In this document: piece after piece, positions 24,768 through 27,071 of the stretch | Layout: each line of letters begins with the position of its first letter | Position numbering within the stretch: the stretch's first letter is position 1 | Assembly (NCBI GenBank): GCA_964426685.1 | Contig: CAYRRO010000001.1 | Span: 9,690-36,760 of the forward strand | DNA: 27,071 nt | Source of the DNA: an uncultured Candidatus Saccharibacteria bacterium | GTDB lineage: Bacteria; Patescibacteriota; WWE3; UBA101185; UBA10185 | Reading direction: 5' to 3' | Made by a program: the position numbers and the translations under genes | Notes under the pieces: model-generated | Seen by the model: only the letters and a program-made list of their open reading frames with translations | Told to the model about the DNA's origin: nothing | The model's database searches: none

Positions 24768-26081
24768 ATGGTTACTCAAGATCTTATCGAATACATAAAA
24801 TATAGGAAATCTAAAAATATTGATGAGGAAGATATTAGAAAAGAGCTGCTTGATAATAATTGGGTAAAGGAAGATATTGATAATGCTCTTACTAAAGTAA
24901 ATAGCTTGGATTCTGACACACCTTTTGAGACCCAGGAAAAAGACAGAGATAAAGTTTTTGTTATTGATAGCTCTGTTTCCCATCCCGCAACAGTAGTAAA
25001 AGAATATGTGGATATTCCGGTTGGCGACAAACCCAGCGTTGTAATTAGCATAATCTCTATGCTTTTTGCATTAATCTCCTTCTTATTCATTTACAAAGCT
25101 GGAATGATGGTTACAATCATGAGTATCATTGACCATTTTTCTTACACCGAAGGTTCTATGTATTATTTTTTGAAGCAATTTCCAATGTACGGGTGGGTGG
25201 TAATCGCCTTTGCTTTATCTGCCTCTGCTCTTTTATTTAATGCTTTTAAAATAAAATCTGCTTCAAAAATTTCTTTTATGTTAGGTGTGCTGTCTTTGTT
25301 AATACTCCCTGCTTCTCTTTTGCTAATAAACTATCGATTAATGCATTCAGTCGGTTCTTATTTTTCAACTCAAGAGATAAGTTTAGGTGAAAATGCTCCT
25401 AAAATACCCACCGGAACTTATACCTTATTTGTCGGGGTGCTTAGTGAGCCGGCTTTTTTAATATCATTTATTACTCTGTGCATCCTTGTTTTTTCCTATA
25501 AAAAATTTCATCTTAAAAATATTAAAACATCTCCCAAAAATTTTGGATATTTCGCACTTTTCTCTGTTCTTTTTATAGTACCGACAACGTTTGTAGTACT
25601 AAGGAGTTATTCAATTGCTAAAAATGATGATTTTGGTTATTCCAGAGCAGTGTCAAAGACGAGATATCATATATACAAACCTTCGGTTATGCCGTTGGGT
25701 CTTGTTTACACCTCTAATTTTATAACCGGTAAAGAGATGGCTGGGTTAAAAGATGCTGTGCAGGTTGTGTATGATTACACTCTTGAGGAAGTAGTCAATT
25801 TAAAAAAATCCAGACCTGTTATAGTAAAACAAGTAGGTATTCACAGAACATTTAATATTAAAGATTACATATCAACTGTTTCAGGAGTTTATTCCGAAAT
25901 TAGCACTGTCGATATTCCTAATACTGTCGGGGGTGTAGGTTATTTAATTTCAAATACACTTGGAACAGGTGGGGATAATCTATTTCTTGTATTTCAAAAA
26001 ACAGACAATGTATTAATCTCAATCTCAACTACTAATTCGGGAAAACAAGATTTAATCGACGTAGCTTTATCTTTAGAATAA
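24768..26081 (+). CDS. Hypothetical polytopic membrane protein with a small N-terminal helical domain and a C-terminal soluble domain
   Basis: 437-aa ORF. N-terminal DLIEYIK...EEDIRKELLDNNWVKEDIDNAL. About 5 hydrophobic helices in the middle third. Confidence 0.75.
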   Translation: MVTQDLIEYIKYRKSKNIDEEDIRKELLDNNWVKEDIDNALTKVNSLDSDTPFETQEKDRDKVFVIDSSVSHPATVVKEYVDIPVGDKPSVVISIISMLFALISFLFIYKAGMMVTIMSIIDHFSYTEGSMYYFLKQFPMYGWVVIAFALSASALLFNAFKIKSASKISFMLGVLSLLILPASLLLINYRLMHSVGSYFSTQEISLGENAPKIPTGTYTLFVGVLSEPAFLISFITLCILVFSYKKFHLKNIKTSPKNFGYFALFSVLFIVPTTFVVLRSYSIAKNDDFGYSRAVSKTRYHIYKPSVMPLGLVYTSNFITGKEMAGLKDAVQVVYDYTLEEVVNLKKSRPVIVKQVGIHRTFNIKDYISTVSGVYSEISTVDIPNTVGGVGYLISNTLGTGGDNLFLVFQKTDNVLISISTTNSGKQDLIDVALSLE

Positions 26082-26084
26082 AAG

Positions 26085-27071
26085 CTATTCGTGGCCTTTA
26101 ACAATGTTTGCGTGAAAAACGTGTTTAAAAAGCTCAACTATTAAAAACATTATTATAGATAGGCCGAAAGCTATTCCCCAGTACATGGTCGAAAGTTTTT
26201 CTACTTTGAAAAAATTTCTAAGTGTCTCTGTAGAAAAAGGTAAAAATTGAAGTCCAAATCCAGCGAGTACAGATAACCCTAACCACTTGTTTTTAAATAC
26301 CCTTGATTTAATAAATGAAGTGAACGGAGCTCTGACTGAAAATACATAGATTAAAGAGTTTATTCCTATGGTTACAAAAGTAACCGATCTGGCAAGAATT
26401 ATATTTCCGGTATTTTTATATACAAAATAAAAAGAAAGAAATGCAGTAAGTCCTGCGATTATACTTACAAATAAAATTAAATTTATCATCCACGAAGTTA
26501 TGATGTGCTCTTTGGGAGAGCGTGGCCTGTCCTTCATAATTCCACGTCTTTTGGGGTCAACTGTTAAAGATAGATTAGGAAGACCGTCTGAAACCAAATT
26601 TACCCATAATATTTGGACAGCAGTTACAGGCAAAGGCAGTCCTAATATAATTCCTGCCAGTACAACTAAAATTTCCTCTAATGCATCACACAATAAATAT
26701 AAAACAATTTTTCTTATGTTCTCAAACATAGCTCTCCCCTCTTCAATTGCGTGGACAATTGTAGAAAAGCTGGAATCTAACAGGACCAAATCTGCTGATT
26801 CCCTTGCAACATCTGAAGCTTCGTTTACAACGATTCCAATGTCAGATCTATGAAGTGCAGGTGCATCGTTAACCCCATCACCTATCATGGCTACTACTTC
26901 ACCGTTTTCCTTGAAAGCATTGACTATTCTTAACTTTTGATCAGGAGTAGTTCTAGCAAAAAGTTTTATTTTTTCAATTTTATTTTTTAATTCTTCATCA
27001 GACATTTTGGACAATGCATCTCCTGTTACGTACTCATCTTCTAACACGGTTACACCTAATTGTGAAAGCAC
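26085..27071 (-). CDS. Cation-transporting P-type ATPase (P2A, Ca2+-pump-like), C-terminal part; truncated by the window edge
   Basis: FARTTPDQKLRIV, VAMIGDGVNDAPAL, DLVLLD, EEGRAMFENIRK, QILWVNLVSDGLP, DPKRRGIMKDRPR. Confidence 0.92.
   Translation of the reverse strand: MLSQLGVTVLEDEYVTGDALSKMSDEELKNKIEKIKLFARTTPDQKLRIVNAFKENGEVVAMIGDGVNDAPALHRSDIGIVVNEASDVARESADLVLLDSSFSTIVHAIEEGRAMFENIRKIVLYLLCDALEEILVVLAGIILGLPLPVTAVQILWVNLVSDGLPNLSLTVDPKRRGIMKDRPRSPKEHIITSWMINLILFVSIIAGLTAFLSFYFVYKNTGNIILARSVTFVTIGINSLIYVFSVRAPFTSFIKSRVFKNKWLGLSVLAGFGLQFLPFSTETLRNFFKVEKLSTMYWGIAFGLSIIMFLIVELFKHVFHANIVKGHE

Noticed and set aside
1121-26853. The many 60-127 aa alternative-frame and antisense ORFs in the track (e.g. 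3367-3666, 11102-11344, 11672-12043, 22026-22295, 23598-23981, 24776-25090, 26500-26853)
   Set aside because: Each lies within a well-supported gene, has no recognisable motif or start signal, and is what codon bias on the coding strand would produce.
1-27071. CRISPR arrays, IS elements, prophage, rRNA, toxin-antitoxin or anti-phage defence genes
   Set aside because: No spaced repeats, terminal inverted repeats or characteristic protein motifs were seen; nearly all bases are accounted for by the listed genes.

Overview
An AT-rich (roughly one-third GC by eye), very densely packed chromosomal segment with 22 complete or edge-truncated CDSs and one tRNA. I found no CRISPR array, transposase, integrase or phage gene. 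Gene style and content suggest a Patescibacteria/CPR organism, possibly WWE3-like; this is inference, as the window has no marker rRNA. TGA is used as a stop, consistent with code 11. The window is rich in sugar metabolism genes: a ROK kinase, a membrane-anchored clan GH-A hydrolase with a GH1 beta-glucosidase, a class II FBP aldolase, a LacD-like class I aldolase, pyruvate kinase, and a 2687-aa cyclic beta-1,2-glucan synthase (Cgs/NdvB/ChvB) followed by a phosphohexomutase. These are interleaved with xth, an AlkD-like protein, glyA, tRNA-Trp with trpS, and two P-type ATPases. The main findings: (1) an apparently intact Cgs in a lineage thought to lack a periplasm, inside a plausible glucan make/break-to-glycolysis neighbourhood; (2) a LacD-like aldolase with both catalytic residues replaced by Val; (3) a 228-aa pyruvate kinase with neither lid nor regulatory domain; (4) a -10 box 6-8 nt before the ATG in 8 of about 14 promoter-proximal genes, implying widespread leaderless mRNA; (5) a tRNA-Trp with inverted 2:71 and 3:70 acceptor pairs next to its synthetase. 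All family calls come from motif recognition by eye, and reference residue numbers are from memory. No database searches were run.
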